A stretch of DNA of 64,000 nucleotides from an uncultured virus (IMG/VR IMGVR_UViG_3300038443_001324) (taxonomy: Duplodnaviria; Heunggongvirae; Uroviricota; Caudoviricetes). The notes beneath the pieces were generated by a model. The model was not told the origin of the DNA. It saw only the letters and a program-made list of their open reading frames with translations, and made no database searches. A program made the translations under genes and the position numbers. Of this stretch, positions 9,169-17,812 are shown piece by piece (the stretch's first letter is position 1; every line of letters starts with the position of its first letter). The DNA is taken from IMG/VR virus record IMGVR_UViG_3300038443_001324. The stretch is one strand, 5' to 3'.

Positions 9169-10663
9169 TGGCGCCGCCGCTCATGACATAGCCCGCGGCG
9201 ATGATGAGGTGGCAGCCGCCAACGATCGGCAGATAGACGCGGGTATCGCGGGCATACCGGTCGGTTACGTCGACGACCTTTTGGCGCACCCAGCCGCCCA
9301 TGAAATGCGCGAATTCATCGCGCTCGTCGTCGAGCTCGAGCACCGCATCGTTATCGGGAAGGCCTCGCACGACGCCGAGCTCAACGCCGCGCATGAAGCT
9401 CGAGCGATCGACAACCGCCAGGCCCTCGCGGCCTTCCCGGCGCGTCCAGAAAGCGTGATCGTCGGTCCATCGCAGGAACGGATCGTCGGCGAAGCCGAGC
9501 ATTCGGCGATCGCCAAGCTCGGGCGTTTCCACCTCGAGCACCGGCATCGGCCCGAGCGGCGTGAGCACCATGTCGCCAGGGCGGATATGCTCAACCGGCA
9601 GCCACGTGCGGCCATCGGCCAACAGGATTGGCGTGCCGGCCGGGAAACACGTGCAGTTGCAATTGCAATTGCAATTGGTCATCGTTTTGACGAGCTGCAC
9701 CTGCTGCCCGGAGATATTCAAGTAGAACCCGGCCGGCGTCGCTATGTCGCCGGCTAACGCCACCGTCCCGGCTGCATTGAGGTAATAGGCCGAAGCAGAC
9801 AGAAAGCGGCTCTCGAGAAAGCCGTAAGCGCTTGTCCAGATCCGGCCGTCGCTTTGGAGAATGTGCCAGTCGGTGGCCAGCTGCTTGCTGCCATACACGC
9901 GCACCGTCGAGCCTTCGTACATATAAATGCCGCCGCCGTACGTGGTGCTATACCAGCCCGTCGAGCCGTTGCTGCGATACCAGCCGTTGTTATAAATGTC
10001 GTAGGCTGTATCGCCGCTCTTGCCGAGCAGCCCCGAAATAGGAAGGTTCGCGGTCCCCGCGGCGGTTATGTGCCCATAGGCGTCAATCGTGATCACGGGA
10101 ATAGCCGCGCTGCCGCCGAAGGTGCCGGCGACAACGCCCGAGGTGTTGTGCCCGACCGATTGGCCCGAGCCCAGCGTGCCCGTGGCGGTGAGCGGGCCGC
10201 CAGAGATCGCGAGCTTTTTGGCGTCGACATATTGCTTGGTAGTGGGGTGCAGCGCTTGCGTGGGGTCGCCCGATAGAAGGAGCGGCCCGAGCATCGCATC
10301 CCCGGCCTTCTTCAGCGCCAGCGCATCACCCGCGTCGACGTACTGCTTCGGGGTGGCCTGCAAGGGCTGCGTCGGATTACCGGCAAGCATGAGCGGCCCG
10401 AGCATCGTGTCGCCGTTCTTGTTGAACAAGCCCACATTCAAATCGGCGATCAGGGTCCACGTGGTTTGCTGCGCGGTGGCGATGCTGCATTGGTACAGCT
10501 GATTCAGGTCAGTGCGATAGCAAAATTGCCCTTGCACCACGTTCGTCGCCGGGAAGGCGGTACCGGAAAAATTCGATTTGACCGTTTCAGTTCTATCGAC
10601 AATATCCTGCCGGCTCTGCGCGAGTTTGTCGCCGCCGTTTATCTGATTCCATGTCTGCGACAT
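9098..10663 (-). CDS. Tail fibre with (NC)4 motif and C-terminal Hint domain
   Basis: N-terminus homologous to the 4809-6854 fibre; two GD.MLGPL.L.G.PTQ.L..T.KQYVDA repeats; NCNCNCNCT followed by CFPAGTPILLADG; TDDH block B. Confidence 0.85.
   Translation of the reverse strand: MSQTWNQINGGDKLAQSRQDIVDRTETVKSNFSGTAFPATNVVQGQFCYRTDLNQLYQCSIATAQQTTWTLIADLNVGLFNKNGDTMLGPLMLAGNPTQPLQATPKQYVDAGDALALKKAGDAMLGPLLLSGDPTQALHPTTKQYVDAKKLAISGGPLTATGTLGSGQSVGHNTSGVVAGTFGGSAAIPVITIDAYGHITAAGTANLPISGLLGKSGDTAYDIYNNGWYRSNGSTGWYSTTYGGGIYMYEGSTVRVYGSKQLATDWHILQSDGRIWTSAYGFLESRFLSASAYYLNAAGTVALAGDIATPAGFYLNISGQQVQLVKTMTNCNCNCNCTCFPAGTPILLADGRTWLPVEHIRPGDMVLTPLGPMPVLEVETPELGDRRMLGFADDPFLRWTDDHAFWTRREGREGLAVVDRSSFMRGVELGVVRGLPDNDAVLELDDERDEFAHFMGGWVRQKVVDVTDRYARDTRVYLPIVGGCHLIIAAGYVMSGGANGFDFDYPSFQWSADRARASITA
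9653..9676 (-). repeat. 6-nt tandem repeat encoding (Asn-Cys)4
   Basis: Minus strand AAT TGC AAT TGC AAT TGC AAC TGC. Confidence 0.9.
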
Positions 10664-10671
10664 TTACTCTC

Positions 10672-11868
10672 CTAGTAGCCGCTGGCCTTCCACGAGACAA
10701 CCCCCTCGACTGATTGCGAGGTGTTGGCCATGGACAGGCAATTCACGTAAAAGCCGGTTTCGTCGATTTCCGAAATGTCGGGGTAGGCGAGCTGCGTGCC
10801 GCCCACTACCTGCGCCACCACGTCGGGCACTACGTTGAACTTGCGTGCGAACAGCACGCGCTGGCCGCCGGCGGGGATATCGATCGAGCCACTATCGAAC
10901 TGGTCGGGCACGTCGACCTCGAGCACGGCCTGCGAGATCGAGATCGTGTCGGTCGAACTGCGCTGCGAGATCAAGCGCATCCATACGATCGCGTCTTGGT
11001 ACAGGTAGTCGCCGGCGATGAGCTGCTTAAACGGCGCATAGCCGGTCGGCGAATGGGAGTTGACGAAGTTAGCGAAGTCGGTGAGCGTGAGCGGAGTCTG
11101 GCTTACCTCGAGATCTCCCACCACGCCGCCGGCGTTGCGCAGATAGCGATCGCGCGTGTTCCAGAGCTCGGCCAGTTGCTGCGCATAGCTCACCACTTCC
11201 GCGTCCGTGGTTTGCCATGCCTCGGCGATCGCGCGCACCCATTGCATGGTGAGCGCCGCACCTTCTGCGGTGGCCCACGCTTCCTGAACGATTTGCAGCG
11301 CCGTACGGGCGCCCGTCTCGCCGGTCGTAACGCTCTCGAGCGCCGCCGGCGCGATAAGCCGCGGCGCGCCCTCGATCGTGGCCCACGCCTCGGCGATCGA
11401 GCGCAGGTACACCGAGAGCGTGGCCATCGCGTCGGCCATGGTGAAGCCTTCCTCGAAATTTCCCTGCGCGATGCGCCCAGCGCGCGCCTCGAGCGTTTGA
11501 ACGGCCTCGGCGAATGCGCCTTGCGAGAACGCATTAGCGTAGCCTTCGGCCGTCGCAAAGCTCTCGGTCGCGCCATGCACCCAGCTCATGAGATCGAACA
11601 GGGTTTCCGCTGTCGCCCACGATTCAACGGCGAGCGGGGCGATCACACCGGCGCGCAACTCGGCCGAGGTGAAGCCTTCGGCGAACGGCCCTTGCGCGAT
11701 CGCGTTGCCCTCGAGCTCGCCCGTAGAGAACCCCTCGTCGGCCTCGCACGTGATGGCCTGCTCAAAGTAGCCGCTCCACGGCTTGCCCGCGTCCGCGTCG
11801 GACCACGTGCCGGGCGCGTTGGCCCAGGTATAGTCGAGCTGATCGGTGATCGTCGTTGTGACGCCCAT
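10672..11868 (-). CDS. Minor tail protein with ~18-19-aa repeats
   Basis: About 11 E-x-F/W/V-x-T-x-E/D repeats; located in the tail tip module. Confidence 0.65.
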   Translation of the reverse strand: MGVTTTITDQLDYTWANAPGTWSDADAGKPWSGYFEQAITCEADEGFSTGELEGNAIAQGPFAEGFTSAELRAGVIAPLAVESWATAETLFDLMSWVHGATESFATAEGYANAFSQGAFAEAVQTLEARAGRIAQGNFEEGFTMADAMATLSVYLRSIAEAWATIEGAPRLIAPAALESVTTGETGARTALQIVQEAWATAEGAALTMQWVRAIAEAWQTTDAEVVSYAQQLAELWNTRDRYLRNAGGVVGDLEVSQTPLTLTDFANFVNSHSPTGYAPFKQLIAGDYLYQDAIVWMRLISQRSSTDTISISQAVLEVDVPDQFDSGSIDIPAGGQRVLFARKFNVVPDVVAQVVGGTQLAYPDISEIDETGFYVNCLSMANTSQSVEGVVSWKASGY

Positions 11869-11882
11869 CGCCGCCGCCCCGC

Positions 11883-12404
11883 TTACGACATGGTGAAGTT
11901 AAAGGTCTGCGTAAGCGTGTCGTTAGCGCCCTTGTTGATGACGGCGAACACGACGCGATCGTAGAGCGTTCCGGCCGCCGCGGCATTGAGCACGCCCGCC
12001 TCAGTGATGGCAGCCGTAGCCACCCCGGGGTTGAAGGTCGTCGAGAACGAAAAAACCTGCGTGTTGGCCGTATGGGCATAATCGGCTGCCTGCCGCGCGG
12101 TTTCGGCCAGGAGCGCCGTTTGCCCCGCGGCCGCGGCCGTGGTGCCGGTGCCCACGGCGATATAACCCATGCAGGCCGGGCGCGCGGCCGAATTGCCGAT
12201 CGCATCAGCCATGAAGTCGAAGCCGCCGGCGACTATGATGTTGTCCTTCGCGTGCACGAAGATATCGCCATTGCCTTTCTTGAGAATCGCCCGCATCGAG
12301 CCTTTGACCTTGACCGGCTCGGCGTGGCCAAGCAGGGCGCGATCGAGCATACGCAGGTATTCCGCCAACTCAGCGTCGCCGCTGATCTTCACAATCTTTT
12401 CCAT
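11883..12404 (-). CDS. Minor tail/baseplate protein
   Basis: Likely start MEKIVK; motifs YIAVGTG and ITEAGVLNA are typical of tail structural proteins. Confidence 0.65.
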   Translation of the reverse strand: MEKIVKISGDAELAEYLRMLDRALLGHAEPVKVKGSMRAILKKGNGDIFVHAKDNIIVAGGFDFMADAIGNSAARPACMGYIAVGTGTTAAAAGQTALLAETARQAADYAHTANTQVFSFSTTFNPGVATAAITEAGVLNAAAAGTLYDRVVFAVINKGANDTLTQTFNFTMS

Positions 12405-12414
12405 TCGGGCTCCG

Positions 12415-15400
12415 TCAGGCGTGCAACGCCAATGTCGAGAACGTGCCGGCCGGTGCGAAATTGCCCTGCGCGTACACGGGAGTCGGATAACGCCGCGTCG
12501 CGCCATAGAGCGCGCGCTGCGTGCTTGATTGCGAAATGGCAAATACGAGGTTGTCGCCTTGCTCGAGCGGCACAGAGATATCCAAGCGCTGCCCAGCCTG
12601 ATCGACGAGCGCAAAGGTGCCCGTGATTCGGTCGAAGAACAGCAATAGGAAATCCGCAGGGCCGGTGAGTCGCACGAGCGCGGCGTCGTCGCTCGCATTC
12701 ACCTGATCAGGACTGAAGTCGAAAGTGAGGCTGAAGATAGCGGGCACGTCCACGGCCCACGAAACGCGGGTCGTATCGGTAACGTCTAGCCCTTCGCTAA
12801 ACCAGCCAGGCCCGTACGTGACGCCCACCTGTTCCGCGGGCTGCGTGCCTTTGAGGCCGACAAGCGAATTACTCAGACGCCATCCCTCGACGTCGCTTGC
12901 ATCGAGGGTTCCGGTCGAGGTTGAGATGTACGCGGCCACCTGCGCACCATCAGCGTCCCCGAGAATACCTTGCCACGTGGGGGAGTCCGGCGCATCCCAC
13001 GCGAAGTCTGCATTGTCCCACGTGAGGCCGTCCTGCGTTACCGAATTTGCTACCAGCGTCATCCAGTTGCGCGCGTAGAACGCATTGGAGAGGCTGATTT
13101 CCTCGTAGTAATCGCCGGCCGGCCGGTTGCCGCCGTTGGCATCCTTCGCGATTTCGGCAAACTCGCCGTCCACCGTGAGATCGAGCTTGATGCCCGGAAA
13201 GCCCGCCCCCACGAAGTCGCGGGTGTACACCATATTGCGGCTGGGCAACGGCTGCGCGAGGATTGTCGCATACCGGGCATCGATCGAATACAAGCCGGCG
13301 GGCGAGAGCGACTTGATCCAAAACGTAACGTTGCCCGAGCTGCTCACGGGCCACTTGACCGTCGCCGTGTCGCCGGCAAAGCGCCCGACCACCTGGCCAA
13401 GCGCCCACGCACTGCCGCACCGGATTTCGTACTCGAAGCCGGCGTCGGCTATCTTCGTCCACTTGAACATGAACGAATCTTGTTGCGGGTACGCATCGAA
13501 GTAGGGCACATCGTCGGGCGCGATCGCCTGCACGCTCACCACTTGAGCATTGCGGCTCTCGTTGCCCAGCACGTCCACGGCTTTGATCATCACCGTGTGC
13601 ACATTCGCATCATCGAACTGCAGAAAGAACGAGGTGCCCTTCATCACCGCCGATAGAACGGTGCCCTCGGCCCAGCTATCACCCTCTTTGAGCGTGTAGC
13701 CGGCAAGGTCGATATCGGGGTTCTGATTCCACGACAGCTGCGCGCCAAGCGAGGTCGAAACGCCGCCGAACCCGGTCACATCATTGGGGGGCGATGTTTT
13801 GCCGACCACCTGGTAGCCGGTCACCTCAACCCAATCCGAGGTGGTGCCATTGGCCGATACCGCGCGCACGCGGATATCGTAGAGCTGCAGCTCGATCACC
13901 GGCGAGATATAGCAATTCGGGTCGCCGATAGTCGTTTCGGGCGCATCTGTCCACCGAGCGCCTCCCGAGAGGCGGTATTGCGTTTCATAGCCCACCGCCG
14001 GCACAAAGCCGCCGCTTTGCGGCTGCATCGTAATGAGAATGCGATCCTGCAGGGTGCCGTCCGAGAGCCGCATGATCACGGTTTCGTCCGACCGGATGGT
14101 AGCGATTGCCGGCGTCGCCGGAGGCTGCTGCCGAATCGGCGTCTGTACCGTTATGTAGTCATCAAACGAGGGGATCGAGAGCGAGTCGGCCGTCCAAATG
14201 CCCGGCTGCGCATCGAGCATCGTGATCGTGGCGGTAAGGTTCGAGCTCGGTGTGATCGCCTTAATGATCATCGGGGCGCTCTCGCGCTCCGACTCCCCGA
14301 ACATATACAGATCGTCAGTATCCGGTGCGATGCCCGATCCGCTTTCGATCGGGTTGGCTAGCGAAACGATAGCCGACACGCCCACCGTGCTCACGAGTGA
14401 AAACGTGTTGCTCGAGCCGTCCGCGAGCCGCACGCGCATCGCGTAGGAATGGCCGCCATCCATTTGTACCGGCCCGTCGAGCTCGTAACCGGTGATGTTG
14501 CCGCCGGCATCATAGATCGGGCGCTTGATCTTGCCCGCGGCCAAGCCTATCGATACAACGTCATACGAAAACCGTACGAGGTCGCCGAGCGTGCAGCGCA
14601 GGTGCTCGATATCCATCGTAACGGTGTGCGTTTCGGGGCGCAGCTTGGCCGCGGCGAGGAAATAGCGCCCCTCGCGCCAGCACTGCGCCGAGCGCGTAAT
14701 GCCGTCGAAACTAAGCGTTTCGTAAATGGTGGCGTTCGACTGATCGTAGCCATCATCGAATACGAGGATCTCGTCGTCGGCGTAATCCTTTTCTTCGTTT
14801 TGAAACGAGATCCGAAGCGCGTGCGGCAGATCCGCGAAGAGCTTCGCGCCTTGATAGCCCGACGAGTTCGCGGGCGTGATGTGCTGCACCGGCACCGTCT
14901 GCGGCAGATCCACGAAGATAGAGTACTTGCCGTCGCGCATCGTGAAGCTCGCGCGACACGAGTTCGAGATCTGCTGCAGCGCTGCAAAGATCGAGCCGCC
15001 TTGTAGCACCGCATTGTATTGCCAGCGCGGCTTTCCGGGGTCGTTCACGGCCACCGCGTCGCAGGCCTGCGCCCACGCAAGTAGCGCCGGGTGATCAATC
15101 CGCTGCGGCGAGATCTGCGGGTCATCGAGGGCGCGGTAAAGTAGCACGAGCAGATAGGCCCATGCAGGATTTTGCGACAGCTGCCAGCTATATTGCCCGA
15201 TCGCGTAACTCGAATCCCATACCGGCAGGTAAGAGGTGGCGACGCAGTTGATCGTGTCAGGCGTGCCGTTTAGCTGCGCGGTGGCCTTGATGCGCACGGC
15301 GATGAGCGCGACGCCCTTTTGCACCACGGGCGCCTGGTACTTGATGCTGCGCAGCGCGGTCCAATAGATCGTGTCGGCATCGTGCGAGGGGTCGCGCATG

Positions 15401-16554
15401 GCCACGTTGCGGCGAACGCGCACCTCCCACTGCCCGGCCTGGGGGAAAATCACGTGCCCCGAGCGGATCGCCGTCGACGTAGTTTGATCGGTGATTTCGA
15501 TTGTTCCAGGCGTGCCAAGGCCATCGTCAGCGCTGTTCACCCAATTGGGCGTGATCCAATTGGGTGTCCCCACGAGCCGATACTGCACATCGGCGCCCAC
15601 GCTTTGCTGAGACTGCGAGCCGTCATCGTTGAAGTGTGCCAAGCCGCGCAGGCACGAGACGTCGATCGAGGCCTCGCTCGTGTTGTCATCGGTATAACGC
15701 GAGATCCAATCGGCGTCGGGATCAGCCGACCGATTCATCTGCACCTGAAAGTCTTGCTCGTGGATATCGGTCGTGTAGAGCGTCGTGGGCTGATCGGTGA
15801 GCCAGCCTTCGCGCGTTTCCACCTGAACGCCCGCAAACACGCCGATCGGGGTGTCCCCAATGCGGATATCGGAAATGTTGAGCGGGCCATAACCTACGCA
15901 CAGCAGCAGCCGAATGTACTGATCGTCGCCCTGGTTTTCCGAGTAGGGGTGAGCGGCCAGCATCGGATAGATGCGGCGCTTGCCCAGCACGCGCGGAATG
16001 TAGGCGTAGGGCTGCAGCGAGTTGCTGGCGCCATTGAGTGTATAGCGCGACGAGCCGGCGCCGTTGACGTCGCTCTTCGGGGGCGGAAATAGAGCGTTGA
16101 CGATCATCGCCCCGACAAGCGATATGCCCGCCGCGATTACCGCGCCCGCTACGCCGGCCCCGATGCCGCCGCCTTGGATGCCCAGCGCCGCGATACCGTT
16201 CGCCGCATAATACTGCTGCGCCACGATCGCCACGATGGCCACAACTACCATCAAGATCGCGGCGAGCGGGTTTTTGTGGCCGCCGCCGCCGCCCTGCGGT
16301 ACAGCGCGCAGGTACACCGTCTTGCCCCTGCGTGCGCGCACGGTTGCCCATAGGCGCCGCGGCACCTCGCGGTCCTCGATGAACACGCGCAGATACGGCA
16401 GGAACTTCTCGGGTACGTTCGCACGATCGACGATCTGCTGCATCGTGAGACCTTCCTGCGCCTCGAGGTGCTGAAACGCCGAGGCGAACGGGTTGGCCTG
16501 CATCACAACAGCCGTTACCGGCTTGAGCGCCGGCAGGATTTGGACGTCGCTCAT
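12415..16554 (-). CDS. Tail tip/host-specificity protein (TipJ-like) with gpI-like N-terminus and FnIII-like domains
   Basis: VPQGGGGG, IPRVLG.RRIYP, NPAW, YDIRVRAVS, PPNDVTGF; 1379 aa downstream of NlpC. Confidence 0.85.
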   Translation of the reverse strand: MSDVQILPALKPVTAVVMQANPFASAFQHLEAQEGLTMQQIVDRANVPEKFLPYLRVFIEDREVPRRLWATVRARRGKTVYLRAVPQGGGGGHKNPLAAILMVVVAIVAIVAQQYYAANGIAALGIQGGGIGAGVAGAVIAAGISLVGAMIVNALFPPPKSDVNGAGSSRYTLNGASNSLQPYAYIPRVLGKRRIYPMLAAHPYSENQGDDQYIRLLLCVGYGPLNISDIRIGDTPIGVFAGVQVETREGWLTDQPTTLYTTDIHEQDFQVQMNRSADPDADWISRYTDDNTSEASIDVSCLRGLAHFNDDGSQSQQSVGADVQYRLVGTPNWITPNWVNSADDGLGTPGTIEITDQTTSTAIRSGHVIFPQAGQWEVRVRRNVAMRDPSHDADTIYWTALRSIKYQAPVVQKGVALIAVRIKATAQLNGTPDTINCVATSYLPVWDSSYAIGQYSWQLSQNPAWAYLLVLLYRALDDPQISPQRIDHPALLAWAQACDAVAVNDPGKPRWQYNAVLQGGSIFAALQQISNSCRASFTMRDGKYSIFVDLPQTVPVQHITPANSSGYQGAKLFADLPHALRISFQNEEKDYADDEILVFDDGYDQSNATIYETLSFDGITRSAQCWREGRYFLAAAKLRPETHTVTMDIEHLRCTLGDLVRFSYDVVSIGLAAGKIKRPIYDAGGNITGYELDGPVQMDGGHSYAMRVRLADGSSNTFSLVSTVGVSAIVSLANPIESGSGIAPDTDDLYMFGESERESAPMIIKAITPSSNLTATITMLDAQPGIWTADSLSIPSFDDYITVQTPIRQQPPATPAIATIRSDETVIMRLSDGTLQDRILITMQPQSGGFVPAVGYETQYRLSGGARWTDAPETTIGDPNCYISPVIELQLYDIRVRAVSANGTTSDWVEVTGYQVVGKTSPPNDVTGFGGVSTSLGAQLSWNQNPDIDLAGYTLKEGDSWAEGTVLSAVMKGTSFFLQFDDANVHTVMIKAVDVLGNESRNAQVVSVQAIAPDDVPYFDAYPQQDSFMFKWTKIADAGFEYEIRCGSAWALGQVVGRFAGDTATVKWPVSSSGNVTFWIKSLSPAGLYSIDARYATILAQPLPSRNMVYTRDFVGAGFPGIKLDLTVDGEFAEIAKDANGGNRPAGDYYEEISLSNAFYARNWMTLVANSVTQDGLTWDNADFAWDAPDSPTWQGILGDADGAQVAAYISTSTGTLDASDVEGWRLSNSLVGLKGTQPAEQVGVTYGPGWFSEGLDVTDTTRVSWAVDVPAIFSLTFDFSPDQVNASDDAALVRLTGPADFLLLFFDRITGTFALVDQAGQRLDISVPLEQGDNLVFAISQSSTQRALYGATRRYPTPVYAQGNFAPAGTFSTLALHA

Positions 16555-16970
16555 TGCGCTCCCGTGTAACGATAGATACCGAGCACCCGGCGCTTCCAGT
16601 GCATAGCGGTGTATTGCTCGATGACCGAATTACATCCGCGCTCTACGTGCAGCATCCACTGCGGGCACACCACGACGCCCACGTGCATCGGCGCACCCAT
16701 CACGCGCAGCAAGAGCCCGTCGCCGGCGCGGGCATCCTCCGGTGCCACCGGAGTGAAAAGAGCGGCGTGGCGGGCCGCGTCGCGGGCGACAGCGGCATCA
16801 TCACCACCCGGGGCCCACGCAAGGCCCCCGTAGGTTGGCAGCTCGATACCAAATTGCTCGCGTGAAACGAGCTGAAAGAGCCCCCAGCAATCGCACCCTT
16901 CACGCGAGCGGCCGCCGCACGCGAAGGGGATATCGGTGAACTTGGCCACCCAATCAGGAATATTCCGCAT
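16551..16970 (-). CDS. NlpC/P60 tail tip assembly protein
   Basis: GRSREGCDCWGL ... HVGV ... MLH. Confidence 0.85.
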   Translation of the reverse strand: MRNIPDWVAKFTDIPFACGGRSREGCDCWGLFQLVSREQFGIELPTYGGLAWAPGGDDAAVARDAARHAALFTPVAPEDARAGDGLLLRVMGAPMHVGVVVCPQWMLHVERGCNSVIEQYTAMHWKRRVLGIYRYTGAQ

Positions 16971-17437
16971 CAGAACATCCCCGGGAAGCGCGCCGGCGTC
17001 ATCTGCAGCGCGATCGGCTCGACGAGAATGTCTTCCCACTGCAGCGAGCCTTTGATCGTCGTGGCGTCATATGTGACGTTGCGCAGCACCATGTCGTAAA
17101 AAGCGATCTCAACGGTATCCGGATCGCTCGCGAGGATCACCTCGAGCGTGATCGTTGCCGGCACGTCCATCGCCCGTACCGCGTCGACGATGACGCGGCT
17201 CACATTGTCGACCGAGAGCGTGGCCGCGCCCGGCGCGTCCTGATCCTCGTTCGGCAGATCGATATCGAACGGCAGGCCGATGTACGTGGTGCCGCGGCTC
17301 ACGATATCGACGGTGTTGTTCACGAGGTAGATGGGCGTCGAAAGCGACGGGTGTGAAATCGTGAGCAGCATGAGCCACACTTCGGCGGTGGCTGTTTCCT
17401 GTAGCGATTGGATCGCCTTGAATGAGAGATTACGCAT
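16970..17437 (-). CDS. DUF1833-like minor tail protein
   Basis: LTISHP...YLVNNT.D, PFDIDLP, TPARFPGMF; synteny. Confidence 0.75.
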   Translation of the reverse strand: MRNLSFKAIQSLQETATAEVWLMLLTISHPSLSTPIYLVNNTVDIVSRGTTYIGLPFDIDLPNEDQDAPGAATLSVDNVSRVIVDAVRAMDVPATITLEVILASDPDTVEIAFYDMVLRNVTYDATTIKGSLQWEDILVEPIALQMTPARFPGMF

Positions 17438-17440
17438 CGG

Positions 17441-17809
17441 CTAGTCGTTGTACGAGATCAGCATCACGTTAAGCGTCCACACCTGATAGGTGCCCCCTTG
17501 CGAGGTCGCCTGCGGTACCGGCTTGGTAAAGCGAAAGGTGCAGGCCTGGCGCGTGTACGGGTGCACCCAATCGAACGGCTGCGAGCCGGTGGCCAGCACG
17601 TTCTTGTAAAAGTCGGTGAATGTGGCCACCTGGCCCGCGTCCATCTGGACCCCGAAAGTCATCTTCTGAAAAGGCGCAGTAAAGCGCGGCCGCGCCTTGG
17701 GCAAGCCGGCGTCGACGCTCGATTCGATATTGTTGTCGGGCATGTTCTCTTGATAGCCCTGCTCGAGCACGTACTGCGGCAGGGTGATAGGCCAAACAGG
17801 GTTAGCCAT
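17441..17809 (-). CDS. Distal tail protein
   Basis: WPITLP, G.PKARPR, FDWVHP; directly after the tape measure gene. Confidence 0.7.
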   Translation of the reverse strand: MANPVWPITLPQYVLEQGYQENMPDNNIESSVDAGLPKARPRFTAPFQKMTFGVQMDAGQVATFTDFYKNVLATGSQPFDWVHPYTRQACTFRFTKPVPQATSQGGTYQVWTLNVMLISYND

Positions 17810-17812
17810 GGC

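Noticed and set aside
9098..9649. Hint domain as a mobile intein
   Set aside because: No homing endonuclease, no terminal His-Asn with a +1 nucleophile, and no real C-extein.
9653..9676. TGCAAT repeat as a phase-variation tract
   Set aside because: The 6-nt unit keeps the frame, and one copy uses the synonymous AAC codon, which points to protein-level selection.
4809..10663. Diversity-generating retroelement or invertible fibre cassette
   Set aside because: No reverse transcriptase, invertase or template/variable repeat pair was seen.
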